Positions 10,668 to 23,223 are shown, counted from the whole stretch's first letter. The stretch: 61,793 nt of DNA, filler included, from Choristocarpus tenellus KU-1152 (GCA_964200185.2; 10 parts of 10 records of this genome joined end to end with filler, not necessarily neighbours in it); one strand, 5' to 3'. The notes: generated from the sequence alone by a model not told the origin. Numbers and translations are program-made.

Positions 10668-13600
10668 CAGAACAATATCGTCTAAATATACCTACAACCC
10701 TGACCAAGGATTGATACTGGAAAATGTTTCATACATGAAGCGTTGGAAGATCCAGGGTGTATTTTGTACTCCAAATGGTAACCTCTAAAACTCATATTTC
10801 CCATCCGGCGTGATGAAGGCAGTTTCTTGCCGTTTGCATTCATCAGTTACTGGTAGTTGCCAATAGGCTGATTGGATATCTAAACAAGATAAATATTTTG
10901 AGCCCCCCAAAGTAGATAAGCATTCATCAATGGATGGTAAAGGCCATGAATTACGTATCAAATGTTTATTTATGGTTCCTCTAAAGTCCACACGGAATCG
11001 AGGCGATCCATCAGGTTTTGCAACTATGGTAACAGGGGATGCCCATGGGTTAGATGAGGGTTTTATAATGCCCTGTTTTTCCATATCGGTTACACATTGT
11101 CAAATAGTGTCGCGTATTTGTGGTTTCGTGCAATACGGTGGTGTCTACTAACCGTTTTTGTACCTGGTTGTAGTGGGAACTCAACAGAAGTAGTGGTGAA
11201 ACAACCTAATTCTTTTTCACATAGTAAAAAGACTGGTCTGAATATAGGCACAATATCTAGTAATTCCTATTGTTCAGAAAGTATCAGTTGAGTATTTCCA
11301 AAAGCCTTCTTAGAAAAAATCGTCTTCAATTCATCCCTAGCATGTTTCAGTTCTTCGGGAGTAGAGAGTGTGGCTGCAACTGAACTTATAGTGGCATTTG
11401 AAAGGGAATATGTTCTTGAAACAGGGGAGATATGACCCACCACAAATTTTGCAGGTAACTTGTTTGAGATAGTTTGGAAATTTTGACTAGACATCCTCAA
11501 TCTTCTTCCCGATCAGTGAGGGTTCGACTGACCATTATGTGTTGCCAGTGGGGATGTCTGTCGTACTCTTGCTGGAGGTCTGTGCCAGTAAAAATGTTAT
11601 GTTCCACCACTGCATGTATCGGTAGCTGTTCTTCGAAGTGCCTGAGAACAAACTGGAACAAGCGTTTTCGTGCCAGGGGGAGGTATATCTTTTTTATTGT
11701 ATGTACTGATGTAGTAAATTCAGATGTGACCACTGAAATTGAAAAATGAGGTGGTGCATTTTCAGTCTAGTAAAAATCTCTTGGGGGGGAACAGATGGGA
11801 AGGGGTATAATTTTGTGTTTTATGGGAATGCATTTATCACTGTCCTCAAACGATATTTCCTCTCTAACCCAATCTAGCACAGCCCCAAATACCGACATAA
11901 TACTTTTATCTAATAAAATTTTATCTACTCCCAGATTAGGTATGACAACTGCTTGGACAGGCATTGATATGTCACCAAGCTGTAGTGTAAACTGAATGAA
12001 ACCATTAACAGATAAAGGTCTACCACCTGCTCCTTTCAAATTTAGGGCGCCTGCTGGAATCTCCCGAATGGGTGCCTTGCGAAGTATTAGGTGGGCTTCA
12101 ATGTATCTGAGTGATATTACTGGAATGTCAGTGGCAGTATCAACAGTAATATTCATTAAAGGGTTCATTTTCAACATACCCAGGAATTCTTATGCGACGA
12201 GATTAAACATTTAGCACGCGAGGGGAGTTAAAACAATGTTGGATTGCTGATGTGTGCCAACGATATGAAAAAGTGGAACAACACATTTGAGGTGTAAAAT
12301 AAACGTCACCCACACCCAAAAGAGGTTGTGAGGAACAAGAAAGAGCAAATGCAACAGTTGTTACATGTCTGCTTGTGGCAGCTTTTGTTTTGCTGACCTT
12401 AAATGTTTAAAGCGTTGTGCCTTAGGTGGTATCTCTACAACATCTGAGTCTGCCCTAAACAACAAGTCCCTGGTTTCGCTTTGACTTCCTATCCCTACAG
12501 CTTCTGCAAGGCACTCTTATTATTCCCCGGTCCTAGTTCTTTTTCCCCCCAGTTCAGGGTGGTCTTGATCGTCATTTGAACTTGGTTGGGCCGGAAGTAT
12601 GGAGCTTGCTAGGCACGCAGTCAATGCAGACACCAAACAATCGAGCGACTTCTCAATATTCTGACTGAAGCGATCCCTCCTACACGTACTTTCCCGGCCT
12701 TTCTGTGAGGGATGGTAATTGTTACCCTCAGGATTGGCCCAGCAATCCTCTGTTGAATGTCCTCGCCTCGATCTCACGTTACAACCTTTGAAGTCACAAA
12801 CTGTGCGAGGATCGTGAGGCTCGGGAAATGTTGAAGTCAGTGATTGTTGGGGTTTGTCAGACGCGTGGGTGCGCCACTTGGTTTTCAGGAAGCGGATTTC
12901 GGCGATAGCAAAGTCTAGATCAGCTGTGAGGCCTTTCGCAACAGTCAACAGCGGAACAATGTCGGAAAAACGTAAATCTGTCGGGTGAAGGTTCTCCAAA
13001 TTTTCAATGGATACACTGGATGTCACAACATGGGCAAACGACCTTCTGTCCAATCTCGACATGGCGGACGCTTGGTCGACAGCGGTATCAACTAGTGTAG
13101 CGAAGCCCTTATAATGTTGAGGATTCAAACACAAAACACCCAGAATGGCGGGTAACACATCGACATTGAACGCGCAGTACCTAAGTCTGTCCATAAGTAA
13201 GGAAATCAGGGCGCCCAGGGTAAGGTCAACGGGGTCGAGGTCACATCTGTCGGATGGGTTCACTCTCAACTCATGTATAAAAGAATCAATGGACTCAATT
13301 ACTCTTCTAGCAAACGCCTGAACATCCTCCTCCCATGAAGATCATTCAAAGTTTCATAGAAGGATCGAACACTCAATTGGTCAGGACTGGTACCCCTACG
13401 AATTTGGTGTTGGAAAAGTCGCATGCACATATCCCCCAGAGTTTTTTCGTAGATAGGAATGCAACTTGCTTCAACAGATGATCTATTCACCATGGCAATA
13501 ACGCCTACTCGGTTCTTGAAAATCGTGAGTAACTTCCCATAGTTAGATACTTGGGGACAACCTTGTTCGTGAACGTCCCAGAAATGCATTGGGGGTAAAT

Positions 13601-14200
13601 CTTGTGAAAATAATACTTTACAACAAGGGAGTTTCCGTGGGCATGGTCAGATACAGACGGGTTATTCAATTCAGGGCAAGAAGTACTCATCTTCATGTTT
13701 AGGGTTTACATGGCCGCAGCCACTAAGCCTTGGTCGTGTGGAGTTCCTTCCATGGCTTCGTCAACGACCATCTTGGCATAGACTAACTGACGATCCATTG
13801 GATGTCTGTATATCAAACGTTGCCGGCGCACTGTCTTCGTTCGCCCTTCTCCTCTTGGTCTTATCCTAACATGCTATACCAGTTCAGGTTCGAATTACAG
13901 GCAGGACCTTCTCTCAGCCGTTGCTCCGCCATCCCTTCCTGCTCTAACGAGACACCAGGGATGCCTCTGTCTACAGATGCAGACGCTGGACTCGGTTGAG
14001 GCTGGGCATTTATGGCACCCCCCTCATTACCTCCTTTGGTTTGCGTTGTGGAGGTCATTTTCTTCTTTCCTTTCCGTGTAGCTGACTTCTCCTTGGTGCT
14101 GCTTCTGGTATTAGCTGTTGCAGTAGGTGTGGGAGTGGTAGCATCAGCCATACTGTGGCGTGAGTTAGCCCCCTTGAACACTAGGCATGAGTACCACTGC
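10668..14200 (-). mobile_element. Decayed Ty3/gypsy LTR retrotransposon (gag, protease, RT)
   Basis: RT motifs PWASPVTIVAKPDGSPRFRVDFR, YLSCLDIQSAYWQ, TAFITPDGKYEF*RLPFG and VYLDD (about 10670-10695). Aspartic protease ITVDTAT (11767-12177). Gag-like ORFs with a Cys/His knuckle (12520-13269). Many stops and frameshifts. Confidence 0.9.
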
Positions 14201-14450
14201 GTCTGACAAACCCTAACAATCATTGACTGCAACATTTCCTGAACCCCACGATCCCCGCACAGTTTGCGAATTCGAAGGCTGTAATGCGAGATCGAGGTGA
14301 GGATATTCAACAGAGGATTGCTGGGCCAAACAATCCTGAGGGCAACAATTGCCGTCCCTCACGGAAAGGCCCGGAACGTACGTTTAGGAGGGATCGCTCC
14401 GGTCAGAATACCGAGAAGTCGCTTGATCGTTTGGTGTCTCCATTGATTGG
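14198..14450 (+). mobile_element. Inverted, diverged copy of the gag segment at about 12618-12866
   Basis: gcgtctgacaaaccc.aacaatca.tgact.caacatttcc...gagaagtcgct.gat.gtttggtgtct.cattga aligns to the reverse complement of 12618-12866. Confidence 0.85.
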
Positions 14451-14942
14451 TTTGGCTCTGATAAAGCCGAGGTCCAGGGTTCGAGCCTTGGCGTGAGTAC
14501 CACTGCGGAAGTGTCAAAGGTGCCAAGTTCTCTGCTCAAGGGGGCAATCACTACCACCAGACTGAACTCTTCCACCTTAGAGGGTAAGACCGAGTTTCAA
14601 AGATCTTGGCCCAACATCTCAGAACAGTTGAGGAAATCCAGAACAGAACATAAACCTGACCCAAAGTATCTGGGAGATTGATAAGACGACACAATCATCT
14701 TCTTCCACAAGATCAATCCTCCAGAAGCGTACTCCAATCTAAGTCAATTTCTCATTCCATTGCATGTTCTCTCCTTGNNNNNNNNNNNNNNNNNNNNNNN
14801 NNNNNNNNNNNNNNNNNNNNNTTAATTAATTAANNNNNNNNNNNNNNNNNNNNNNNNNNNNNNNNNNNNNNNNNNNNCGGTGATTCTCTTCGCCACCCTT
14901 GCCCGAGTGAACCACGCCGCCACAGAATCACACGATTCACAC

Positions 14943-16845
14943 CTGGCACATCTGCAAAATGTCAGAGGGCATTATAATATATATATAAGAATAACCAACC
15001 ATAACTTACAATATTGGGAAGAGTTGGTGAGATTTATCTCGAACTGTAAAACATGAGACAATAAATATGTGTGGTATGCGATGCAACTCCTTCCATAGAA
15101 ACAATACTGTCTATAGCTTTCATTCGTTTCCCCCCTGACTCGTCTTCAAAATGTCAGAGGGCACAATAACAAAAATATTGAGATATTGGGGAGGCTAATA
15201 CTGATGTAGAATAATAAAATGTAGAATAATAGAATTTAGGATAATAATAGAAATATATAGGTGACAATAACAACCACAAAATATACACATATTTTATTAT
15301 TATACACATATTCATATTGAGTATTTATTGTAATGCCCTCTCACATTTTGCAGATGTGTCAGGGGGAAAACCAATGAAAACTATATATATGTCATTATTA
15401 GCCCTAAAGAAGTAAAATATCCTAAACATAAGAACACTATAAAACATTGTAAGTGTGAAAACCACTAATATCAGTTACTTCACTATCAAATATTGTACTA
15501 CTGTCTTCCTTTGCCTCCCATCTACCTACTCCTGTGCCTGGGGGGGGGAACTAGGGAGGCATCCCAAGAATCCAACAGACCCCTCCGTGCCCATCTCCCT
15601 GGCGACTCTAGTTTGAAGCGCATGACTTCGAGACAAGGATGCCACTTGTGTAGTCACGGAAACAATTTGGCGTAGCCTGGATTTAACTACTCCTTTCCGG
15701 CCGTACATCATTCTTCAATATTATATTATTATTCCCTCTGACATTTTGAAGATGTGTCTGGGGATAACCCAATGAAACCTATTCACATATCAGAAAAATC
15801 CCCAAATAAGTAACAGTTGTCATAAATGTGAAAAGTAATGGTCTATTTACTATTTTACTACCAGCTATGCTGTACCACTGCCCTCCTACTATGCCTCCAA
15901 CCTACCTATCCCTGCACCCCAAAGTGAGGAGCTAGGGAAGCATCTCAAGAATCTAACAAGCCCCTCCTTGCCCATCTCCCTGGTGTCCCCAGCTTATAAT
16001 GCATGGCACCTCTAGACAGGGGGACCTGCGTTGTTACATATACTATTTGTCGTAGGCTGGATTTGACCACCCCATTCCTTCTGTAGCCTCCAGTTCTTCT
16101 CCCCCCTACCGCGTGTGTAGCTAGCTCATCTACAAAACTTTCCGCTTGCTTACTGAGGCGCCCAAATTTTGCACAGTTAAGTTGTCAGTGAAAGTATCTT
16201 AAGAGGGTACGAGTTTTGCCCTGTTTGTCCATTTGGGCCTTGACTTCCCTTGGGGTTCTTATGACATTTTCATACTTCAAAATATTTCGGAGTAGTTAAA
16301 GTGTATACGTCATTAAAAGGGGTGTCCGGAACAAGGATACTGACATTTCCGAACAAACACGATAATAGCCAAAATTACATCGAAATCACAACATTGGATT
16401 TTGGCCCCCAAATGGACGCAGCTCTACCCTCTAAGATACTTTGGCTCTGTTGAGGTTATAATATTGAGTTGTACGTACTACTACATGATTATTGATTGGT
16501 GGTAGAAGACTATTTGGGAGAAAATATATATTTGTAGATGTGTCAGGGGGGAAACCAATGAAAACTATACGGAGGGGTCTGTTGGATTCTTGGGATGCCT
16601 CCCTAGCTCCCGCCCCCGGGGCACAGGAGTAGTAGGTAGATGGGAAGCAAAGGACGACAGTACCACAATATTTTATATTGGGGAAGTAACTGATAGATTA
16701 GTAGTTTCCACACTTACAATGTTTTATAGTGTTCTTATGTTTAGGGTATCTTATTTCTTTAGGGCTAATAACGACATATGTATAGTTTTCATTGGTTTTC
16801 CCCCTGACATATCATCTGCAAAATGTCAGAGGGCACAATAATAAA
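14943..16845. mobile_element. Cluster of hairpin-ended repeat family B (possibly Helentron-type, non-autonomous)
   Basis: Approximate copies at 14943-14980, 15118-15170, 15333-15720 and 15733-16085 (head-to-tail), 16535-16568 and 16568-16845 (inverted relative to 15333). All but the 16535-16568 fragment include the CCCTCTGACA-TTTTGCAGATG-TGTCAGGGG end. Confidence 0.7.
16186..16447 (+). mobile_element. MITE family A
   Basis: TIRs (G)AGTGAAAGTATCTTAGAGGGTA...TACCCTCTAAGATACTTTGGCTC; TSD TGT. Confidence 0.9.
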
Positions 16846-17052
16846 ATACATATACAATATGTCGTTATTTTGTAGATCGCCATTATATGAACAATGGTGA
16901 TTGGTGTTAGTGTGCTATCAATGAGAAAGAAATATGTGACTTATAAACTTGAGTCTCTACAAGAAAACCATTCTGGTTGAGGTCACATCCAAACTTGTCC
17001 CTCACATTTGTATGATTTGTACTGTTAAAACAATTCACTACAAAATGTTGAG

Positions 17053-17118
17053 CGTTGCGTTTTCTGACGTACTATAATAAACTCCAAAAATACTAGTGAA
17101 CGTTACGTTTTCTGACGT
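17053..17118 (+). promoter_or_regulatory. Duplicated 18-bp upstream element containing TGACGT
   Basis: CGTTGCGTTTTCTGACGT (17053-17070) and CGTTACGTTTTCTGACGT (17101-17118), about 160-230 bp upstream of the ATG at 17280. Confidence 0.4.
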
Positions 17119-17279
17119 GTAAGAATTGGTTGAAGGTAAGTTACAACAAAAGTCTATGTAGTACAAAGCAAACAGGGTTCGGTCCTGGATCGGTGCCCAG
17201 ATCGTTGAAACTCCTAGGACTCCTGTCTACAGTGCAGAGTATAGCATAGACAGAAACCAGGAGCAAGCGCGAGATTGTC

Positions 17280-20200
17280 ATGAACTTTGCTTCCAAGTAT
17301 ACTTTTCATGATAGTGATGATGAGGGCGAGACTGTTGAAGAGGATCGCCTACATATGGCCTTGACTGAACGGGATCACGGAGGGGGAGACAGAACCCATG
17401 CGATAGATAACACTTCCACATTGAATCCCTCCGTTACTGCTCCTACTCATTGGGGGACAGAGACAAACCTGAACGACTTCAGGTGAAGATGGTTTGCAGT
17501 GGATTTTCTTGAGTTCACCTTGATTCTGGTGCAGCAAGCCTATATCTGGCGGGCATTGTTCCCTGTTTAAAGATATGCTAGTGGTCAAGATCCATATGGC
17601 ATTTGGTGAGGACCTTGCGTGTTCGCCTGGAGTAATAGTCGGTCCCTGGAACCCAAATGCAGTACAAATGCCTTCACAAGTTAAAACATCAAGGGGAAAG
17701 ATCATGCTCTTCCTTCCATCTGTTGTCTCACCTACAATTCTTCACCCCTGTCACTTACTGCTTAGGAGTGCCAACAGAGGAGGAGGAACCAGCGTTGTGA
17801 ACTCGAAAGTGCTTGAGGGAACAGGGGCGTCGGGACCCCTTAATGGTGCGACACTGCCACCTCCGCCGGCACGAGATTTGCCAGCGTTCCCGAAGCCATC
17901 TGTGAATCAACCCCTGAATCCACCAGATTATTGTGGACTACATCCTGGCAGGGTGGCAGGATATGAGGCGGAGAACGCGGCGGCGCTCGAGAGGGAGAGG
18001 GTGGCGTTCTTAATGGGTATACAACGACCTCCAGGGCCACCACCCTATCCTCAACCCCCATTGGCTTCTACTACGCAAAATGTTGATGAGAGACCTTTTG
18101 TTGGATGGTACAAGGGTACACAGCAGAAAAACGTACCTCCCAACCCCCAACCATACTCACGGCTGAGCCTAGATAAATCATCGGCTCCTGTGCCAAAGAA
18201 TCACGGTCAGAAGGTGGTCGCACATAATATGGGCATGCAGCGGCCGCAAGCACCTCCTCCTATGGGTGCATATTGGCTACCAAGACCTTCCCCAGCCCAT
18301 GATATTTCTGCCACGGTAACCGGGGTAGATGCTTCACGGCAGTACCGTGCAGGTGGCGTGCCAACATCTTACATGTTAGACCCTCGGGGTGTTGCACACC
18401 CAAAATTTCAAAGGTCGCAGCACAATGCAATGCCTACAGCCTCTCAAGGGTTGCAAATGGCACCCAGTCCAAGCCCTTACGTGCCCCCCTCCTCTGGGCG
18501 ATCAACTCATTTTGTAGACCCTCAGGGTGTAACACGACATTTTGCAGCCCCTCAGGGTGTAGCAGGACAATTACAACCTCCGCGACCATTGCGCCACACA
18601 ATGCCTGGGGTAGCTCAGGGGTTGCACTCTGCTGTCAGTCCGAGCCCTTACATGCCCTCCCCTTCTGGGAGGTCCTATAGGCGCAAGGTGAGCTTAGTTC
18701 TTCTCCCAGGACACCGAACCTAATCTCTTTGGGTGGCATCTGCCTGCTGGTCCTGAGGGGAAAAATGCGAGGGGTCAATAAATTTGAATTGTTAGCAAAG
18801 GCATGGGCAAAGGCTTTCTCAAGCAAGCTGGGAGCAGAGGATGTGGCATTTGATTCAACTTGATTGCCAGCTGTGTGTTGTTTGTTGAGTTCAGCGACTA
18901 ATGTAATTTTCATTCCACTGACACCTGGCAATAGGCCAGTGTACTTTGTCACTATCTCCATACTCGATCCATTCCTGCCACCAGCCTGCAGGCAAATTCC
19001 TCAAGTCCATGTACACCCAAGAATATTCGAATATTCAACGGTGGTCCCTTCGACAATGTCAATTTCAAGTCAATCTTGATCCCTACCATTCCCTTTTGCT
19101 GGCTCACTTCCCACCCCCCTCTGACCCCATATTGATGGTCTTCCCAAGGTTGACACCAACATTCTCAATGTGGATATGGCGTCACTGGGTAATGCTGCCG
19201 CTGTGGCTACAGGCGATCCCTGCTTCTGCACAAACTGCCATGCATGCCTCAGCTCTGTGTCGATCCTGATCCCATCTTCTGGCAAGACTGTACCTGCTGC
19301 TAAATCAAACCTTACCGCATCAGAGGTCAATGAGGGCAACGCTGGAGCCAAGGAAGAGGATCAAGCTCATTCATGGGCAGAAGGGGGGGAGGGGACATAC
19401 TCGTGGGTGTGCGAGTTCTGCCGCACTGTGAACGCTCTGCATTTGGATGAGATGGAAAAACCCGACCCCACACAGAGTAGTGTGGACTACATTCTGGAGG
19501 GTCCCACCGTCATTGATCATAATGTCGGAGGCAGGGAAGGGACTAAGGGTGTGGTCAAGGTGGGGTTTGCAACCGAACTGCAAAACTGTGCTTGGTTGGA
19601 GGTGTTTCTGCTTTCTGAATTTGTATGCATGTGATATGCATTGCATGCTCTGTGAAGTTTTTCATTGCTTGTATTTGTACGTGGGCAGCATGAAATGAAA
19701 AATATTCAGTCCTGGGCTCGTTGGATGAGGGCCGATTCCGGAGGAAATCTAGTTTGAATCAATACAGAATACTATCAGGTGGTAGGTACCCTGTCAAGTT
19801 TTCCTCTACTGTCCAGATGTTGGACGATAGATGTCTAGGATGGCTGAAAGTTTTGGTCCACGCAAGGTTGAACTTCTCGCTTGTTTAAATGTTCTGCGCT
19901 GGATTGTTCTTGAGACAGGGAGACTCTACAGTCATGCTCCACAGTTGGTATGTATAATGCTTGAAGCTGACTTCATCTGCCTTCGTCTTCCCCTTCAAGG
20001 ATGAGAGCACCGTACTGTTTGCATTGGACATTAGTGGGTCCATGTGTGTGACCACTGAGGTCGAGGGACGTCTCAATCTTCGTGGGGACAGGACCCAGGA
20101 TCTTGGAAAGCTCCGGAAGGCTGGGGTGAGTAGACGACTTCGACCCCTCAAATAGTGCCCACACATGAGCTCATTTCATTGCGGGGTTGAGCAGATTGAT

Positions 20201-21347
20201 AGATGGGTGTGTTCTAATTTGCTCAAGACTACTCTTCTATGCAGTTTTGATGTCATTGGTGGAACATTAGAGAGGAAGTGGTGGACTGTGAAGGAGCAAT
20301 TAATTCAACTGTAGCATGGTGTGGTTTGTGTCTATTTAGATGAGGGTGATGGTAGCAGTGGAAGCAAGACTGAGGTGTGAAGGTTCTTTGAGCGCAAAGG
20401 AGGATCCTGTAATTTGCACAGCGTGGATGGCTTCAGATTTTCTGTAAATTGGCTCAAAAACTTCGTGGAGAAAGAGGTTGGAGGGAAGGGAGGGGGGGTT
20501 TGGGCAGCTCGCTCTGTTGGAAGGCTAGTGTGTTCATCTCAGCAAAGGTGGTGGAAATTTTCAAGTTTCTATGGACACGACTACTACATTCAGTGGTTGC
20601 TGCCACAACTTTAACTTGTCTCTTGTTCTGACTCATGTGGCAATTTACACACCTTCATCTCATTGGACCATGCCCAAATTTTTCAGGATGCCAGGAATCA
20701 ACGCATACCTGGACAGAGGTCAGGTGTTACCTATGTCTCCCGCCTACAGTCTATGCAGGCTGCAATTGATGCCCAGCTCAAGGTATGTTGAGGGTTGGTA
20801 GTGCCAGAGGGCTTATCTTAACGCAAAACTTGACGCCTTAATCCTGCCTACCTCCCCCCCTCCCCTCCTCCAACCAGAGTCATCTTGAAGCTGACCTTCT
20901 GCAAGTAATCAGATTGTCATTGAAATATAGGGACTATGGTCCATTCACGGATCACAAAAGCCTTATCTTTTTTGGTCACCTTGATTTTTGCTTCACTGCT
21001 TTATTATCCTTCTATGAAATTAACTGCAAGTCCCACCATCCACCTATCCACTCCCTTGGCCCCTGTCCTCTCAGATGATGTCCGAGGACAATCCAGACAG
21101 GCGTGTGGGCCTGGTCACATTCAATGGGGAGGTTACCCTTGTTGGGGACGCCTCCCAAGACCCTCGTAGTATTGCTGGTGACCGCCTCAGCAACCCCGAT
21201 GCCCTCAGAGATGTGGGCAAGACATACCCCCTTAGCCAAACCATTTCTTCTGCTAGTGATCGACTGAGGGACAGGCTATTCGGACTGGAGGAGACTGGGC
21301 CAACTGCCCTTGGTCCTGCGGCCTTGGCAGGGCTTTCTATGCTCAAG
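17280..21347 (+). CDS. Sec23/24-type zinc finger + vWA domain protein (circularly permuted Ras protein 1-like family), 3'-truncated
   Basis: Exons 17280-17482, 17766-18687, 19149-19559, 20000-20125, 20687-20782, 21075-21347, all phases consistent. Motifs: MNFASK start; TGDPCFCTNC...WVCEFC zinc finger; MIDAS-like FALDISGSM; YVSRLQSMQAAI; RVGLVTFNGEV; LEETGPTALGPA. Confidence 0.88.
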
Positions 21348-22145
21348 GTTAGTACTTGAGGGTGTTTTGGTAGTATTTATATATATATATATATTTTGGG
21401 GGGGGGAGTTGTTGTTTCAAGGAAAGATGTGCGGGATACTGTCAGTTTTACACACTGACTTATTTACTCTATGTTAAGGAGAGTATGGCCGATGGGGAGG
21501 AGGTTCTATGCAGAGACTCATTCTATGTTTATAGTTGAGACGCCACTTCCTGGTCTTGTCTATGTTAGTGGATTTTGAGCCTGATGATGTAGTTGTCATG
21601 GTTGTCATTATATGTTTGATTCGGACACAAGGTGAGGTGTTTCAAGTAGCCAATGGGTTGTTACAACAGGCCTGGGAATGGCAGGTGAACATGCTTGCTA
21701 TTCTGCAGCCAGCATGAATTGTTTTGTCAACTCAACGCTCCAGAGTCCGTCGTTGAAGGTCATGGAGTCCTTCTCTCATGGTGCTGAAGGGTTAGGGTTA
21801 GGAGTCTTGACTAGGGCACACCTCGAGCGCAGTAATCGTAGCTGTTTTCGACTTCATGGGCAGTTGAAAAAAGAAAGAAAGAGAAAGGTTTTGATTAAAA
21901 TAAAATCTGTTTTTTTTTGTTTGTACACAAACTCGTGAGGGAGGAAAGTACTGCGCCCAAACCCTAATCTTGAGCTTTGCAATGAGCAAGACTTTACCAG
22001 ACAGGCATCACAGACCTGTACCGCCTTTCAGACTGAATTAAGTGCAACATGGAAACGTTGACTGTGACCTTTTCTGTAACAGAAGGGGCTCAACAGACCC
22101 CTTTCTTCGCCGTGCACGGATTCTTTCACTAAGCAAGGAGCCAGT

Positions 22146-22198
<53 letters not shown>

Positions 22199-22897
22199 CC
22201 AACCACCACCCCCNNNNNNNNNNNNNNNNNNNNNNNNNNNNNNNNNNNNNNNNNNNNTTAATTAATTAANNNNNNNNNNNNNNNNNNNNNNNNNNNNNNN
22301 NNNNNNNNNNNNNGTGTCTGCATTTCCTAATCTACTCCACCAATGGTGTCTATAGTGTACCAGCAGCACTGTCTACGAACAACAAGATTTTTTGAAGGTT
22401 TGTATTCACGAATGTAAGATCTTCGGTGAACGGGAACTATGTCCCGACAAAAAATAATGGAAAGAACGCGGGGGAATATGTCCGGCGCAATTTTGAAGGT
22501 CACCACATCAAAACTTGGAAAAATGAAGTAGTTGGCTGAACTTCTTGTGATGGTCCGGGGTAGGTCGCTGCTCAAGTTTGGCTGCTGCGACCCACACCGA
22601 AAAAAGAGCAGAAAATCCCCCCAATATTTTCCTCTTTTCAACGCCTTTTCAGACTTTTTGTGAACACACACACGTGATTTACACAACAACATGAACCACG
22701 ACTGTGAGACAAGGAGAGCCGCCGAGGTCACTCTTCCCTCTGGATCTACCCTTGGCACCTCCTCTGTCGAGAGGGGCTGGAAAGACAGGTACCGTGTGGA
22801 ACTCAGTGCGATGTTGGATGACGAGAAAGTGCGAGTAGTGTGGGGCAGCAGCATGATCGAATCGTGAAATGGACAACGTGGTCGCGACACTGACGCT

Positions 22898-22923
22898 AAT
22901 ATTGGGGTTCGAACCCCAATATT
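22898..22923. repeat. Perfect 26-bp palindrome
   Basis: AATATTGGGGTTC|GAACCCCAATATT. Confidence 0.95.
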
Positions 22924-23223
22924 TCCTGAAAAAGAATGGATTTTACAAATTCGAGCACTTCCAGGAAGGAGAAGAGGAAAAGGACAAGGGAGACCAGACT
23001 AACGCCAAATCTACGAAGAAAGGTCCCTGAAGATGCGGGCCCATGCCCTTCGGGGGTGGGCCGGCAGGACAGGACCAATGGACGTCAGTCTACCACAACA
23101 CATGTGTTACAGGCACGCTCCAGAAACTTACCTCCACAGGATGGGTAGCTCCAATTCAGAGATTAACGAACGTCAGCTTAGCAGAACAGGGATACTCTCA
23201 AATGAATCAATCAGCATAAGAAA

